The position numbers and the translations under genes were made by a program. This document shows, piece after piece, positions 63,228 to 64,000 of a stretch of DNA of 64,000 nucleotides (positions are counted from its first letter, which is position 1; every line of letters begins with the position of its first letter). Below the pieces are notes generated by a model. It saw nothing but the letters and a program-made list of their open reading frames with translations, did no database searches and was not told where the DNA came from. The DNA comes from an uncultured Acidobacteriota bacterium (GTDB lineage Bacteria; Acidobacteriota; JAQAZP01): positions 576,001-640,000 of the forward strand of contig CAWIIB010000001.1 of the NCBI GenBank assembly GCA_963836075.1, read 5' to 3'.

Positions 63228-63335
63228 CAGACTTTCCTCACTCGATAACACATAAAGTGTCCCAGATACGCGGTCCACCGGGACCATTTCCACTGGTGGA
63301 TGAATCCTCCCCCGACCCAAGATAAATGGGGAGGT

Positions 63336-63411
63336 TGGAGCGGGCAACGGGGATCGAACCCGCGACCCCAAGCTTGGGAAGCTTGTACTCTACCAACTGA
63401 GCTACGCCCGC
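63336..63411 (-). tRNA. tRNA-Gly (CCC)
   Basis: 76-nt cloverleaf GCGGGCG...CTTCCCAAG...TTCGATC...TGCCCGCTCCA. Confidence 0.98.
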
Positions 63412-63534
63412 TCTCGTTCGAGTCATTCTGTTTCTGTTTGAAACGAAGCTATCTCTATCGCATCCGACCTGGGTTGTCAACCCAAATGTCCAATCTGAAA
63501 CCCGGTTCCTGAGGCCGGCTGAAGTCCCGCACCG

Positions 63535-64000
63535 CTAGTCGCCCCGCAGCAGCTCCAGCTTGTAGAGCACCGCCTCCAGCAGCTGCCTGGCGGCCCTGGC
63601 CGCGGCCAGTTCGGCCTTGCCCGCCCGCTCGAGGACCACACAAAACGCCACCCGCGGTTCGTGGGCCGGCGCGAAGCCCACCACGATGCCGTCCAGCCCT
63701 TTCTTGCGGTCACCGCCGGTGCCGGTCTTCATCGCCAGGTCGAGGCCGTCGATGGCGGCACGGCGGCCGGTCCCCTCCTCGCTCTCCACCACTTCGAACA
63801 TGGCATCGGTGAGGGCGGCGGCCACGGCCGGTTCGATAATCGCTTCCCCCAGGACCCCGGTGGCCGTTTCGGTCACCGTCTCCCCCAGAAGGTTCTCCCG
63901 CCGCAGCAGCAGCCGCGGCTTCATCATCGTGCCGTCGTTGGCGATGGCCGCGGCGACCAGGGCCAGGTGCAGCGGGGTGCTGCCGAGGAAATCGAGGCCC
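63535..64000 (-). CDS. Penicillin-binding transpeptidase domain protein (3' part; gene starts beyond the window)
   Basis: TPLHLA...AIANDGTMMKP, KTGT motif and GFAP. Confidence 0.85.
   Translation of the reverse strand, partial: GLDFLGSTPLHLALVAAAIANDGTMMKPRLLLRRENLLGETVTETATGVLGEAIIEPAVAAALTDAMFEVVESEEGTGRRAAIDGLDLAMKTGTGGDRKKGLDGIVVGFAPAHEPRVAFCVVLERAGKAELAAARAARQLLEAVLYKLELLRGD

Overview
GC-rich bacterial chromosomal segment. Gene order suggests an Acidobacteriota/deltaproteobacterium-like diderm (inference). It is mostly minus-strand housekeeping: tRNA-Gly, bactofilin, lipoate ligase, hrcA-grpE-dnaK-dnaJ-prmA-elbB-rsmE, pilT-recX, alaS, pgsA-DUF502-cinA-thpR-plsY-gpsA, ftsY-ribD-ribE, ffh-rpsP-khpA-rimM-trmD-rplS, recA, tRNA-Phe, purC, queF, nagZ and lpxH. 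Eight apparent frameshifts in six genes, including the essential alaS, are all repaired by removing 1-2 extra bases, so they look like sequencing errors rather than pseudogenes. The least ordinary part is a ~6.6 kb opposite-strand block between recX and alaS. It encodes three secreted modular beta-helix proteins with a patch of near-identical DNA, a shared upstream motif and alternative C-terminal modules, and it is bounded by an orphan tRNA 3' end and a degenerate copy of it. Other unusual items: an operon joining a lipoprotein-OB/FHA/VWA membrane protein, an FHA-GAF nucleotide cyclase, an HD-GYP phosphodiesterase and a PilF/Tgl-like lipoprotein; an orphan B12 radical SAM enzyme with an RRE-like tail; a perfect 47-bp GGGGTCTGACCCC palindrome; a probable AUU start after recA; and a long structured 5' leader. 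No integrase, transposase, CRISPR array or rRNA was seen. All calls come from reading the sequence; no database searches were run.
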